Source of the DNA: Bacillota bacterium
GTDB taxonomy: Bacteria; Bacillota; UBA994
Length of the DNA stretch: 64,000 bases
Assembly: GCA_018333655.1 (NCBI GenBank)
Contig: JAGXTJ010000010.1
Coordinates: forward strand, 39,280 to 103,279
Direction: 5' to 3'
This document shows, piece by piece, positions 50,263 to 60,163 of the stretch (its first letter is position 1; the number at the start of each line of letters is the position of its first letter). Both the position numbers and the translations under genes were made by a program. The notes under the pieces are model-generated. The model saw only the letters and a program-made list of their open reading frames with translations, did not search any database and was not told the origin of the DNA.

Positions 50263-52341
50263 ATGGAAGAGACCTTACTATGGTTGGCACCAGTGGCGGG
50301 AACGCTCGCCTTGCTTTTTGCCTGGTACCTAGCCACTAATGTCAGTCGGCAAGACGCGGGCACATCGCGCATGCAAGAGATTGCTGGCGCTATTCAAGAA
50401 GGTGCCATGGCTTTCTTGCGCCGGGAATACAGAAGTTTAGCTATCTTTGTATCTGTTCTATTTGTTATCTTGGCCTGGCAGATAAACCTTTCTACCGCAT
50501 TTGCCTTTTTATATGGTGCTTTAAGCTCTATGTTAGCCGGCTTTATTGGCATGCGTGTGGCCACTAAGGCCAATGTACGCACGGCCGCCGCTGCCCGTCA
50601 GGGTCAAAACAAGGCCTTGTCCGTGGCTTTTTCGGGCGGTGCTGTCATGGGGATGTCGGTGGTTGGCTTAGGACTAATTGGCATTAGCGCTCTTTTTATC
50701 ATTTTCCGCATTGTGCACGCCGGCATGGTCATTATAGACCCCTTGGCGCATTGCCCTGCCTGTGCCGCTATAGACACCAGCCCTACGGGTAACTTCGTAG
50801 TCCTGCTCTCCATGGTCAATGGTTTTGCCCTAGGTGCCAGCTCTATCGCCCTTTTTGCGCGTGTCGGAGGTGGTATCTACACCAAGGCGGCTGACGTCGG
50901 TGCCGATCTAGTAGGCAAAATCGAAGCTGGTATTCCCGAAGATGACCCCAGAAACCCGGCCGTTATTGCCGACAATGTGGGCGATAATGTAGGCGACGTT
51001 GCTGGCATGGGAGCCGATCTGTTTGAATCCTACGTTGGTTCTATTGTTGCCGCAATGGCCATTGGAATTGTGCCTATGGCTGCCAACCCGCTCAAAGACA
51101 GCCCTTGGAACGCCATCTTGGTGCCGCTGCTGCTTTCTGCTATCGGCATTATCGCGTCCATCATCGGCTCTCGCTTTGTCTCGGCCCGCGAAGGCGCTAA
51201 TGTGCAGAGCGCACTCAGTAACGGAACGTATGTCTCTGGTGCGTTGACCATTGCCGCGGCCTTCTTTATGATTCGCTTCTTGCAGGTAGATATTGGCGTC
51301 TTCTACGCCATTGTCTCGGGTCTAGTTGCCGGCATCGCTATCGGGCGCATTACGGAGTACTACACCTCAGGCGATAACAAGCCTGTCCAGAATATCGCTG
51401 CTTCTGCCCAGACCGGGCCTGCCACCACTATTATCACGGGCTTAGCGGTCGGCATGATGAGCACTGCGCTCCCTATCATTGCAATTGCCTTGGCCGTTTA
51501 CCTCTCTTTCTACTTTGCGGGCCTCTTTGGTGTAGCCATTGCGGCTGTCGGTATGCTCGCCACCACGGGCATGGTGGTAGCAGTAGACGCCTACGGGCCT
51601 ATAGCTGACAACGCCGGTGGCATCGCCGAAATGGCTGGTCTTGACAAGTCGGTGCGTAAAGTCACCGACAATCTCGACGCCGTCGGCAATACTACGGCTG
51701 CCATTGGTAAGGGTTTTGCCATCGGCTCCGCCGCTCTTACGGCCTTAGCGCTGTTTTCGGCCTATGCTACTTCAGTGCAGCTCACGACGATCAATATTTT
51801 GTCCGCACCTGTGATTATCGGCTTGTTTTTGGGCGGCATGCTGCCTTTCTTGTTCTCTGCCTTGACCATGCAGGCGGTAGGACGCGCTGCCTTCCAAATG
51901 ATCGGCGAAGTGCGCCGTCAGTTCAAAGAAATGCCCGGCATTATGGCTGGCACCACTCGCCCTGACTATGCGCGCTGTGTGGATATCAGTACCGCCGCAG
52001 CCCTTAAAGAAATGATTGTGCCAGGGATTATTGCTGTGTCCGCACCTATTGCCACGGGCCTCTTCCTAGGTAAAGAAGCTTTGGGCGGTCTGCTGGCTGG
52101 TTCTCTCGTCACGGGCGTTTTGCTCGCCATTATGATGGCCAACGCTGGTGGCGCCTGGGATAACGCCAAAAAATACATCGAGAGCGGTCAGTTTGGCGGC
52201 AAGGGTACTCCCACTCATCAAGCTGCTGTCGTGGGCGACACTGTGGGCGATCCCTTTAAAGACACTTCTGGTCCTTCGCTCAACATTCTCATTAAGTTAA
52301 TGGCCATCGTCGCCCTCGTATTCGCCCCCTTGTTCATCTAG
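50263..52341 (+). CDS. hppA: Membrane-bound pyrophosphatase (H+/Na+-translocating PPase), K+-dependent subtype signature
   Basis: 692-aa protein with about 16 TM helices. Motifs [19 protein letters not shown] (Ala at the K+-dependence position), and [14 protein letters not shown]. Confidence 0.93.
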   Translation: MEETLLWLAPVAGTLALLFAWYLATNVSRQDAGTSRMQEIAGAIQEGAMAFLRREYRSLAIFVSVLFVILAWQINLSTAFAFLYGALSSMLAGFIGMRVATKANVRTAAAARQGQNKALSVAFSGGAVMGMSVVGLGLIGISALFIIFRIVHAGMVIIDPLAHCPACAAIDTSPTGNFVVLLSMVNGFALGASSIALFARVGGGIYTKAADVGADLVGKIEAGIPEDDPRNPAVIADNVGDNVGDVAGMGADLFESYVGSIVAAMAIGIVPMAANPLKDSPWNAILVPLLLSAIGIIASIIGSRFVSAREGANVQSALSNGTYVSGALTIAAAFFMIRFLQVDIGVFYAIVSGLVAGIAIGRITEYYTSGDNKPVQNIAASAQTGPATTIITGLAVGMMSTALPIIAIALAVYLSFYFAGLFGVAIAAVGMLATTGMVVAVDAYGPIADNAGGIAEMAGLDKSVRKVTDNLDAVGNTTAAIGKGFAIGSAALTALALFSAYATSVQLTTINILSAPVIIGLFLGGMLPFLFSALTMQAVGRAAFQMIGEVRRQFKEMPGIMAGTTRPDYARCVDISTAAALKEMIVPGIIAVSAPIATGLFLGKEALGGLLAGSLVTGVLLAIMMANAGGAWDNAKKYIESGQFGGKGTPTHQAAVVGDTVGDPFKDTSGPSLNILIKLMAIVALVFAPLFI

Positions 52342-52375
52342 TCTAGGCTCATTATTTAAGACAGTGTCCTGTAGT

Positions 52376-52420
52376 GGGGCGGCGAGTAGCGAAATGCTGC
52401 CGGCCGCCCCTAGTATTTTA
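52376..52420 (+). terminator. Intrinsic terminator (GGGGCGGC...GCCGCCCC + T-rich)
   Basis: 8-bp GC stem followed by tagtatttta, read directly. Confidence 0.6.
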
Positions 52421-52437
52421 GCGGAAGGAAGTTAGGC

Positions 52438-52989
52438 ATGGAGCGTACTACAGCGGTGGAACTAGTAAAGCAGCATGTAAAGAACAAGAACTTGATCAAG
52501 CATATGTTGGCAGTAGAGGCCGTCATGGGGGCACTAGCCCCGCGCTTTGGTGGAGAGGTGCCGCTGTGGGAACTCACGGGTCTCCTGCATGACATCGACT
52601 ACGATCTGACCTGTGACAAGCCGGAAGCCCATAGCCTACTTGGTGCCGAAATTCTCGCCAGCCACGGGCTGCCTGAGGACTTGGTGAGTGCGGTGCGGGT
52701 GCACAATGAACAACATGGCCTGCCACGAGACAGCACGCTAGAGAAAGCACTCTTTTGCAGTGACCCAGTAACAGGGCTCATTGTCGCCGCCGCGCTCATT
52801 CATCCGGCCAAGAAGCTCGCCGCCATCGATAAAGACTTTGTGCTGAATCGCTACTACGAAAAAAGTTTTGCCCGCGGGGCTAGCCGCGAAACTATGGCTG
52901 GCTGTCGCGAAATAGGGCTCGAACTCGATGAGTTTATCGAGATCGCACTCTACGCCATGCAGCGCCGTGCGCCAGAGCTTGGGTTGTAA
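52438..52989 (+). CDS. HD-domain metal-dependent phosphohydrolase
   Basis: H...HDID motif (LLHDIDYD) in a 183-aa protein. Confidence 0.7.
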   Translation: MERTTAVELVKQHVKNKNLIKHMLAVEAVMGALAPRFGGEVPLWELTGLLHDIDYDLTCDKPEAHSLLGAEILASHGLPEDLVSAVRVHNEQHGLPRDSTLEKALFCSDPVTGLIVAAALIHPAKKLAAIDKDFVLNRYYEKSFARGASRETMAGCREIGLELDEFIEIALYAMQRRAPELGL

Positions 52990-53003
52990 AACTCTAGAGA
53001 TAC

Positions 53004-53114
53004 AAAAAAGGCTACCCCTGTGCTTATGATATGCTCCCCCCACAATCGAAAGATGAAATAACAAACCATCTGTCAGACTGAAGGGGGAGCATATCACTAG
53101 GGTAGCCTTTTGGT
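53004..53114. terminator. Long imperfect hairpin (AAAAGGCTACCC + TGATATGCTCCCCC stems around a ~42-nt loop) between convergent genes; bidirectional terminator or small structured RNA
   Basis: Left arm 53006-53040 pairs with right arm 53083-53112, giving about 25 bp in total. An A-run lies upstream and TTTTGG downstream. Confidence 0.55.
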
Positions 53115-53145
53115 CTATACTGTTACTAGAATCAGCTAGTGGCGA

Positions 53146-53631
53146 TTAGCGGAGTCTTTTGCGGAGTACGATGGCGCCAGTCCCGAGGGCCAGTACGGCA
53201 AAGCCGCCGATCAGGGCATATTGGAGGGTGGAGACGCCAGCTGCCTCAGGCTGTGCTGTGTCTGTAGCAACCGACATAGTGGTGAACATGCGGTCGCTCT
53301 TAGTGGCAGTGGCGACTTCCGCGGCTTTGAGATCTTCTACTTCTTTTTCGGTGAGTAGGGCCTTGTCGCTTACGCGCACATTAACGGTGAGCTTATCTTC
53401 CCCAATGACGAGGGGAACTACGTAGATTTCTGTTCCCAAGCCCCGCAGGTCAAGCAGCCATGGTTCGACAGCGACAACTTGAGCGAGGGGGATGTTCCTC
53501 TCGGTAGCGATGTGATTGCGCGCAATGGTCTCTAGTTCGAGGGCGACACTGGGCTCAAGCACTCTGAGCATGGCACTGGCCGGCAGGGCCAGCATGACGA
53601 GGACTAAGGTTAGTAGTAGGATTCTTTTCAT
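53146..53631 (-). CDS. Secreted protein with C-terminal TM anchor and basic tail (sorting-signal-like, no LPXTG)
   Basis: Signal peptide MKRILLLTLVLVMLALPASA. C-terminal ...AAGVSTLQYALIGGFAVLALGTGAIVLRKRLR. Confidence 0.55.
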   Translation of the reverse strand: MKRILLLTLVLVMLALPASAMLRVLEPSVALELETIARNHIATERNIPLAQVVAVEPWLLDLRGLGTEIYVVPLVIGEDKLTVNVRVSDKALLTEKEVEDLKAAEVATATKSDRMFTTMSVATDTAQPEAAGVSTLQYALIGGFAVLALGTGAIVLRKRLR

Positions 53632-53709
53632 TGTTATTGCTCCCTTCGTTGTGGTTTCATTAGGTTAGACGTGTAAATGGCCCGCGTGTTCCACCAATAA
53701 GCTGCTTTT

Positions 53710-55050
53710 TTGCTCTGGAAAGGGAGAGTGACTTGTTCTGTGTTCAAGAAGGTATGGGCAGAAAATGTGCGAACCTTACTGGCTGATAACGATATCACTG
53801 TGGCTGAGGCTGCGCGGCTACTGGGTACTTCTAAGCAGTATCTGACGACCATACTTGGCGAGAGCCTGCCGCAGAGCACCAAAGAACAGGTTGTAGAGAG
53901 TCTTTCTTTACTGCTCCATGCACACCCGGGCAGGCTCTATTCCCCTCTGCCCCTAGTCCCAGAGGAACAACTCACCACAGCGCCTGCGGTAAACTGGCAG
54001 CTGCTGGACATGCCCGTCAGTGCCGCCGAGCAGGCCGTACTAGCTGAGCGTCATTTTTTGGGCGGCGACTATCGCGGTAGCCTGGCCTTTGTCAGACACC
54101 TACTGGCCGCGCATGGAGAGAGCCTCTTGCCCATAGCCACGGCGCAGGCACAACTTCTCGCCGGAAAGTCGGCGTGCCTGCTTGGGCAATCCGCCTTGGC
54201 GAGGGAATACCTCAAGTTGGCACAGCGCGTCTTTCAGAAGCGAGTCAGCGCCCAACCACAAAAATACTTGCCCCTGTGTCTAGAATGTTATCGCTACGGG
54301 GCCCTGGCGGCTCACATGGAGAGAGATTACGCCCTGGCGATGAAGCTACAGCGTCAAGCACTGCAGCTCTTAGTGAAACACCGGGGCGAGGACGATAATC
54401 TGGGCATGAAGTGGGAAACTTTAGGACAGAATATACTGCGTACGGTGGTCAAGCAGGGCAGACTGTCGGGCATCGTCGCGGTTGCCGACGAGCTCGAGGC
54501 TTTAGCAGGCCGGCTTGATTCCCCGGCGTTATCTGAGCGCGCAGTATTCACGCGGCAGTTCGCCCTCTATGCCGTGGCAAGGGCGCAAGGCATTCCGGGC
54601 CAGCAGGCCATGATGCCACCACCTCAGCTAGTGAGAGACGCCTATATATTCCTCCACTACGGGCTAGTGTTGTGGGATAGGGGTGGAGACCTGCGGCTCT
54701 TTACCGATAGCCTGCCGGTGGATACAGGTAGCGAAGAACTTGCCCTAGTCCATGAATGGTTGAGCAACCTGGCCGAGACCGGTGAAACAAAACTACGCTT
54801 TTCGTCGACCAACACCCTAAAGCCATGGGGTCTCCTAATAGGGGCCTGTACCGCACTAGAAAGTGATGCTCTGCAGGCTTTTCACATGTGGCAAGAGGCC
54901 CTGTTCGATCTCAAGGCTAACCGCGATATACCCCTGTACCTGTATTCCTTGGCCATGGGGCTCGATAAGTTTTCTGCCCATATTACGGCCCATAACCGCC
55001 AAGTGCTGCAAGCGGTGCTCGATAAAGTCCTGTCTCAGTTTACAGCATAG
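53710..55050 (+). CDS. XRE-family HTH transcriptional regulator with large helical/TPR-like C-terminal domain
   Basis: N-terminal HTH (ITVAEAARLLGTSKQYLTTILG) followed by ~380 aa of helical repeats. True start uncertain: TTG 53710 or GTG ~53734. Confidence 0.6.
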   Translation: MLWKGRVTCSVFKKVWAENVRTLLADNDITVAEAARLLGTSKQYLTTILGESLPQSTKEQVVESLSLLLHAHPGRLYSPLPLVPEEQLTTAPAVNWQLLDMPVSAAEQAVLAERHFLGGDYRGSLAFVRHLLAAHGESLLPIATAQAQLLAGKSACLLGQSALAREYLKLAQRVFQKRVSAQPQKYLPLCLECYRYGALAAHMERDYALAMKLQRQALQLLVKHRGEDDNLGMKWETLGQNILRTVVKQGRLSGIVAVADELEALAGRLDSPALSERAVFTRQFALYAVARAQGIPGQQAMMPPPQLVRDAYIFLHYGLVLWDRGGDLRLFTDSLPVDTGSEELALVHEWLSNLAETGETKLRFSSTNTLKPWGLLIGACTALESDALQAFHMWQEALFDLKANRDIPLYLYSLAMGLDKFSAHITAHNRQVLQAVLDKVLSQFTA

Positions 55051-55078
55051 TTACCGAGATGCTTATAATAGTAGGGAG

Positions 55079-57226
55079 ATGAGATGGGTGGCAACTACCA
55101 GCAACGAAGACAAGATCCTGTACCTGATGCGGCAAAAAGTATACAAACCTTTAACCGAGAGCGAGTTGGTGCAAGCGCTAGCTGAGAGCGGAGAAGGCGA
55201 TGTACCCTGGCGCGAGCTTATCCTGGCTCTTGAGCAGTCCGGCCACATCATTAAGACGCGCTATCATCGCTATGGCTTGCCAGAGCAGATGAATTTGGTC
55301 GTGGGGCACCTACTCATGCAAGCCCCAGGGTATGGCTTTGTAGTGCCGCAAGTAAAAAACGGCCAGAGTGACATCTATATTCCCAGCCACGCCCTAGGCG
55401 AAGCCTTCCATCAAGACAAGGTCGTGGTACGCCTAGTCAGCAAGCCTGCTGGCGACCGCAAAGCCGAAGGTGAAGTTATTCGGGTACTAGCTCGTAGGAA
55501 CGAGACCATTGTCGGCACCTTCTCTGGCTCCAGCGGGGAGTTCGGCTTCGTCAAGCCGGATGAAAAACGCCTGCCCTTTGCCGTCTTTATTCAGAAAGGA
55601 AAGACCGCAGGTGCGCAGGGCGGGGAAAAAGTAGTCGTGCGCATCACGCGCTGGCCGGTAAAGCGACAGGGACCCGAGGGTGAAGTCATTGAAGTGCTAG
55701 GGGCCGGCAGCGACCCCTTGGTGGCCATGCAAGGTGTGGCACGACAGCTTAATCTGCCGCGCGAGTTCTCCCAAGAAGTTTTAGCCGAGAGCGAGCAGGT
55801 TCAGTCTGAAATTGACGCCCGGGAGCTTGCCAAGCGCCGCGACTTACGTCAATCTAACATCGTCACCATAGATGGGGCAGATGCCAAAGACCTCGATGAC
55901 GCCGTAGAGGTCGAGATAGGTGCCAATGGCAACTTTCGCCTGGGGGTGCACATCGCCGACGTAGCCCACTATGTGCCGGAAAACTCTGCTCTGGACAAAG
56001 AGGCTTTCTGGCGGGGGACAAGCATCTACTTTCTCAATCAAGTCATACCCATGCTGCCGCCCGCCTTGTCGAACGGCATTTGCAGCTTGAATCCACGTGT
56101 TGACCGCCTAGCGCTGAGTATAGTTATGGAAATCGATCACCAAGGTCAGGTCGTAAGTCACGACCTGTTTGAAAGCGTAATCAAGACGCGGGAGCGTTTT
56201 ACCTACACGGAAGTCAATGAGTTGCTTGCAGGCACGGATGCAGCTCTGCGTGAGAGATACGCTGATCAACTTGCACACCTAGAGCTCATGGTTAAACTGC
56301 GCGACTTGCTCCGTGTAAAGCGCGAAAAGCGTGGCTCCATCGATTTCGAGCTGTCTGAGGCCAAGATCACCCTTGACGACAAGGGTCACGTAGCAGACAT
56401 TGCGCCTCGTGCTAGGACCCTTTCTGACAGTATCATTGAAGAATTCATGTTAGCCGCGAATGAAACTGTCGCCGCGCGCTTTTATGACCTGCAGGTGCCC
56501 TTTGTGTACCGGGTACATGAGGAACCCAAGGAAGAGAAAATAGAAGACCTTAATCTGCTGCTAAACAATTTTGGCCTGCGCATCAAGACACCGCGCGGTA
56601 AGCTGCACCCCCACGCCTTTAGGCAGGTGATGGACAGTATCGAAGGCAGGCCCGAGGCCCATCTCCTAAATCGCGTCCTGCTGCGCTCCATGATGCGCGC
56701 GCGTTACAGCCCCGATTGCGCTGGTCACTTTGGCCTCGCCGCCAAATTCTACTGCCACTTTACCTCGCCCATAAGGCGCTACCCAGACCTCTTAATTCAT
56801 CGCATCATCAAAGAGGTGCTCAGGGAGGGACAAATTTCTTCGCGGCGGGGGCGTCTGCTGACCGAGGTAGTCGATAGCGCTGCGCGGCAATCATCCGAGC
56901 GCGAGCAGCTGGCTACGGAGGCCGAGCGCACCATCGAGGACATCAAGAAGGCGGAATACATGGCCGGAAAAATAGGCGAGACCTTTGCGGGCATTATCTC
57001 CGGAGTGGTTTCCTTTGGTTTCTTTGTGGAGCTGCCGAACACGGTAGAAGGGCTTGTGCATGTGTCAAACCTGCATGATGATTACTACGTGTTTGATGCC
57101 GAAGCCTATACTCTAGTGGGTCGTCGTCTAAAGAAGCGTTACCGCATGGGAGACGCCGTGCAGATAAAGGTAGAGAAAGTAAATGTCGAAGAAGCAACCG
57201 TCGATTTTTCTCTTCTCGAGACCTAA
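55079..57226 (+). CDS. rnr: Ribonuclease R
   Basis: N-terminal HTH/cold-shock region, RNB catalytic domain (DGADAKDLDDAV), and a C-terminal S1 domain. ATG 55079 after AGGGAG. The ORF track's 54863 start is an artefactual N-terminal extension that overlaps the upstream gene. Confidence 0.92.
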   Translation: MRWVATTSNEDKILYLMRQKVYKPLTESELVQALAESGEGDVPWRELILALEQSGHIIKTRYHRYGLPEQMNLVVGHLLMQAPGYGFVVPQVKNGQSDIYIPSHALGEAFHQDKVVVRLVSKPAGDRKAEGEVIRVLARRNETIVGTFSGSSGEFGFVKPDEKRLPFAVFIQKGKTAGAQGGEKVVVRITRWPVKRQGPEGEVIEVLGAGSDPLVAMQGVARQLNLPREFSQEVLAESEQVQSEIDARELAKRRDLRQSNIVTIDGADAKDLDDAVEVEIGANGNFRLGVHIADVAHYVPENSALDKEAFWRGTSIYFLNQVIPMLPPALSNGICSLNPRVDRLALSIVMEIDHQGQVVSHDLFESVIKTRERFTYTEVNELLAGTDAALRERYADQLAHLELMVKLRDLLRVKREKRGSIDFELSEAKITLDDKGHVADIAPRARTLSDSIIEEFMLAANETVAARFYDLQVPFVYRVHEEPKEEKIEDLNLLLNNFGLRIKTPRGKLHPHAFRQVMDSIEGRPEAHLLNRVLLRSMMRARYSPDCAGHFGLAAKFYCHFTSPIRRYPDLLIHRIIKEVLREGQISSRRGRLLTEVVDSAARQSSEREQLATEAERTIEDIKKAEYMAGKIGETFAGIISGVVSFGFFVELPNTVEGLVHVSNLHDDYYVFDAEAYTLVGRRLKKRYRMGDAVQIKVEKVNVEEATVDFSLLET

Positions 57227-57322
57227 TTTTGTTCTCACACCCCTCCGGGTACCCTTTACAAATGCCATTCAGTGGAGTATTCTAGAATCGTACTACACAG
57301 TGTAGTAGAAAGGGAGTGGCTC

Positions 57323-57598
57323 ATGAAGCCCATTTATGTGGTCATGGCAGTTCTCGTCATGGCAGTAGCTTTTTTTGGCTACAATTACTTTGTCAGTCTC
57401 AATGATGGCGGTGATTTTGGCGCTATTGAGCGGGAGGCCTTGGCCTTTTACCAGCAACAAAACCCGGCCTTGACCAATCTTTCGGCAGAGGTAATTGACT
57501 ACGGCTGTCATATCGAAATCGAAATTAGACAGGGTGGCGAGCGCCTGACACGTCTCGGTTTTGCCGGGCAGGGTCGTTTCTACGAGATAGGCAGGTAG
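57323..57598 (+). CDS. Small membrane-anchored protein of unknown function
   Basis: MKPIYVVMAVLVMAVAFFGYNYF anchor followed by an ~65-aa soluble domain. Confidence 0.45.
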   Translation: MKPIYVVMAVLVMAVAFFGYNYFVSLNDGGDFGAIEREALAFYQQQNPALTNLSAEVIDYGCHIEIEIRQGGERLTRLGFAGQGRFYEIGR

Positions 57599-57603
57599 TT
57601 GTT

Positions 57604-58029
57604 ATGCTGCGGCAGCGCCCGGTAGCCCCCGATTTTAAGCCCCACCGCCTTGGTCTAGAGCAGGTGCTAGGTGAGCTTGAGGCCGAAATTATGGAGATAG
57701 TCTGGACGGTAGGGGAGACAACGGTGCGCGAGGTGCATCACAGTTTGCTTAAAGTCCGCGACATTGCCTATACTACGGTGATGACGGTAATGACACGGCT
57801 AGCAGACAAAGGTCTCCTCCTGCGCGAGGCTGATGGTCATGCCTACCTCTATCGACCGCGCCTGTCTCGTGCGGCCTTCGTTTCAGAGATGGTCGGCGAA
57901 GTGCTCGATGCACTGCTGGCCTCGCATTCCTCCCAGACGGTCTCTCATTTTATGGCCCGCCTCGACCAGGCCAATGCTCTAGAACTGCAAGCACTAGAGG
58001 AACTCATTCGAAAGCGCAAGGGGGGGTAA
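57604..58029 (+). CDS. BlaI/MecI/CopY-family transcriptional repressor
   Basis: Winged-helix N-terminus (LGELEAEIMEIVWTVGETTVREVHHSL...YTTVMTVMTRLADKGLL) and a C-terminal dimerisation helix. 141 aa. Confidence 0.85.
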   Translation: MLRQRPVAPDFKPHRLGLEQVLGELEAEIMEIVWTVGETTVREVHHSLLKVRDIAYTTVMTVMTRLADKGLLLREADGHAYLYRPRLSRAAFVSEMVGEVLDALLASHSSQTVSHFMARLDQANALELQALEELIRKRKGG

Positions 58030-58940
58030 TGGTGTCCTTTAACCTCATGGTTGCCCCCTACATCCTCTATGTGCTCGTGAGCGGGGCTCTGCTCTACGGC
58101 GGAGCGCAAGTGTTATCGCGCCTACTGCCCTTGCCCCCTCGGACGAAAATGTTGCTTTATGCCGGAGTCCTCATTTTACCCGTTGTGACGTATACCTACT
58201 ACTTGCGCCATATGTCCGCAGACTGCGACATGTTAGCGAACCCCGAGGCACTTCGTATCTGTTCGCTGGCCTACCGCTACAGCGACATCCTTACACCTTT
58301 GACCCTACTACTTCTCGTCGTTTATGCGCTGTGGCGTGCTTGGCAAGTCTTAGCGTCTCCCGTTAGACGAAGCCGCATCAGCACCGACAGCGCCTTAGTC
58401 ACACGTGTGCGCAGTATCCTCCAGGAATGGGGCTACCACGACAAAGTAGCTATTGGCATCATCGACAGTCACTACCCCACGGCCTTTGTCAGAGGTTTTT
58501 TTCGCCCCGAGCTCGTGCTTTCGCGCGGTATGCTAGACCTCTTACCAGATGAAGCACTGCGCTCAGTGCTTGCACACGAAGTTTCGCACCTCGAGGGTGG
58601 CGACAATGTCTACAATCTGGTGCTGCTCTTACGAGAAGTCGCTTTCTTTTCGCCCTTTGCGCATCTCGCTTACCAGGGCTACACTGAAGAGTGCGAGTTG
58701 GCAGCAGATATGGCCGCGGGTAAACGTTCTGACAAACTAGCCCTCGCTTCTGCTATTCTTAAGGTCACACAAAGAGGGCAGGAGCTGTATCGCTTTGCCT
58801 GGCAGCACAGTTACTTAGTGGGAAGAGCGTCCGTGTCTTTGCGGGTGCATTCCCTATTGCGCGAAGGCCAGGTCTACTCTGCTTTGCCGCCATGGTTGGC
58901 GCTTAGCCTACTCGCCACGCTGGTGTTGGCGCTATGTTAG
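58029..58940 (+). CDS. BlaR1-like M56 family zinc peptidase (signal-transducing anti-repressor; short form without extracellular sensor domain)
   Basis: Four TM segments and an HExxH motif (LAHEVSHLEGGDN). Translationally coupled to the BlaI-like gene (TAATG). Confidence 0.75.
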   Translation: MVSFNLMVAPYILYVLVSGALLYGGAQVLSRLLPLPPRTKMLLYAGVLILPVVTYTYYLRHMSADCDMLANPEALRICSLAYRYSDILTPLTLLLLVVYALWRAWQVLASPVRRSRISTDSALVTRVRSILQEWGYHDKVAIGIIDSHYPTAFVRGFFRPELVLSRGMLDLLPDEALRSVLAHEVSHLEGGDNVYNLVLLLREVAFFSPFAHLAYQGYTEECELAADMAAGKRSDKLALASAILKVTQRGQELYRFAWQHSYLVGRASVSLRVHSLLREGQVYSALPPWLALSLLATLVLALC

Positions 58941-59001
58941 CCCTGCGGGGCTTTTTCTCGGGACTATGTACTACAATGTGTAGTAGTAAGGAGCAGTAAC
59001 G

Positions 59002-60162
59002 GTGATAAAATTTCTGCAAGTAGCACTTAAGAATTTGTTTAGAAGGCGCTTTCGCACCCTCCTGACTATCCTAGGCATCGCCATTGGTATCTCTATGCTC
59101 TTTAGCTTCTTGGCTTTTAGTCAAGGATACGAAGCTTCTATGCGGGGGGAGCTAAATAAAATAGGGGCGCATATGCTGGCCATCGCCAAAGGATGCCCCT
59201 ACGAGGCCACGGCTTTAATTATGCATGGCGGGGTCATAGAAGATTTTCTCACCACCGATGATGTACTGCGGGTCAGTGAAATGCCTAATGTACAGAGCGC
59301 CGTCGGCAATTTCATGAACCAAGTTGTGCTCCCTCACGGTAAGAGTGTGGTGGTATTTGGCATGAACGAGTACACTTTCGCTCAAAAACCATGGTGGGTG
59401 ATTCGCGGTGAGAGATTTACGGGGGAGAACTCCATCATTCTGCCTGAAACTATGGCCACCGAGCTCGGGCTCAACATTGGTGATGTCTACCGGATGCCGG
59501 GCAAAGAAATAGATTTCGTCATCAGCGGCCTACTAGAAAAGACAGGCACCCAGGACGACAAATTTGTCTATGTCCCCTTCGCTACTGCCCAGCGCTTGTT
59601 TAACGCTGAGGGCAAGGTGACCTCCATCTCCATCTTGCTCGAGGACTTGGGGCGTGTGCAAGAAGTGGTTGACAGTGTGGAGTCACTGCCCGATGTGCAG
59701 GCTATTACCATGTCGCAAGTGCTAGCTACTGCGCAAACGCTTATGAGTTCAGCCCAAGCTATGATCAACTCCATTGTAATTATCGCCGTAGTCATCAGTG
59801 CGCTGGGTGTCATGAACAGTATCCTCATGTCTGTCTTTGAGCGCACCAAGGAAATCGGCATGATGAAGGCCGTCGGAGCCACGGGGAGCGATATTATCGC
59901 CCTCGTATGGATAGAGAGCGTCATTCTGTCGCTGGCGGGTGGCGTGGTTGGCATACTGGCCTCCTTTGCTACAGCGAGTTTCATCGAAACATTTATCCGC
60001 GGCCTCATTCCCTTCGCCCCCTTAGGCGAGCTACTCGCCTTTGACGCTAACACGGTGGCAATCAGTCTGATGAGTTCACTTGTGCTTGGTCTAGTCGCAG
60101 GGGCTTATCCGGCCATACGAGCTGCGGAGTTAAGTCCCATGGAAGCCATAAGGAGTGAGTAG
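59002..60162 (+). CDS. ABC transporter permease, FtsX/MacB-like fold
   Basis: N-terminal TM segment, a large extracytoplasmic domain, and three C-terminal TM segments. GTG start after AAGGAG. Confidence 0.8.
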   Translation: MIKFLQVALKNLFRRRFRTLLTILGIAIGISMLFSFLAFSQGYEASMRGELNKIGAHMLAIAKGCPYEATALIMHGGVIEDFLTTDDVLRVSEMPNVQSAVGNFMNQVVLPHGKSVVVFGMNEYTFAQKPWWVIRGERFTGENSIILPETMATELGLNIGDVYRMPGKEIDFVISGLLEKTGTQDDKFVYVPFATAQRLFNAEGKVTSISILLEDLGRVQEVVDSVESLPDVQAITMSQVLATAQTLMSSAQAMINSIVIIAVVISALGVMNSILMSVFERTKEIGMMKAVGATGSDIIALVWIESVILSLAGGVVGILASFATASFIETFIRGLIPFAPLGELLAFDANTVAISLMSSLVLGLVAGAYPAIRAAELSPMEAIRSE

Positions 60163-60163
60163 C

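Noticed and set aside
54863-55078. N-terminal 72-aa extension of the RNase R ORF given by the ORF track
   Set aside because: The extension is Cys-rich nonsense overlapping the 3' end of the XRE/TPR gene. A good RBS (AGGGAG) precedes ATG 55079, where RNase R homology begins.
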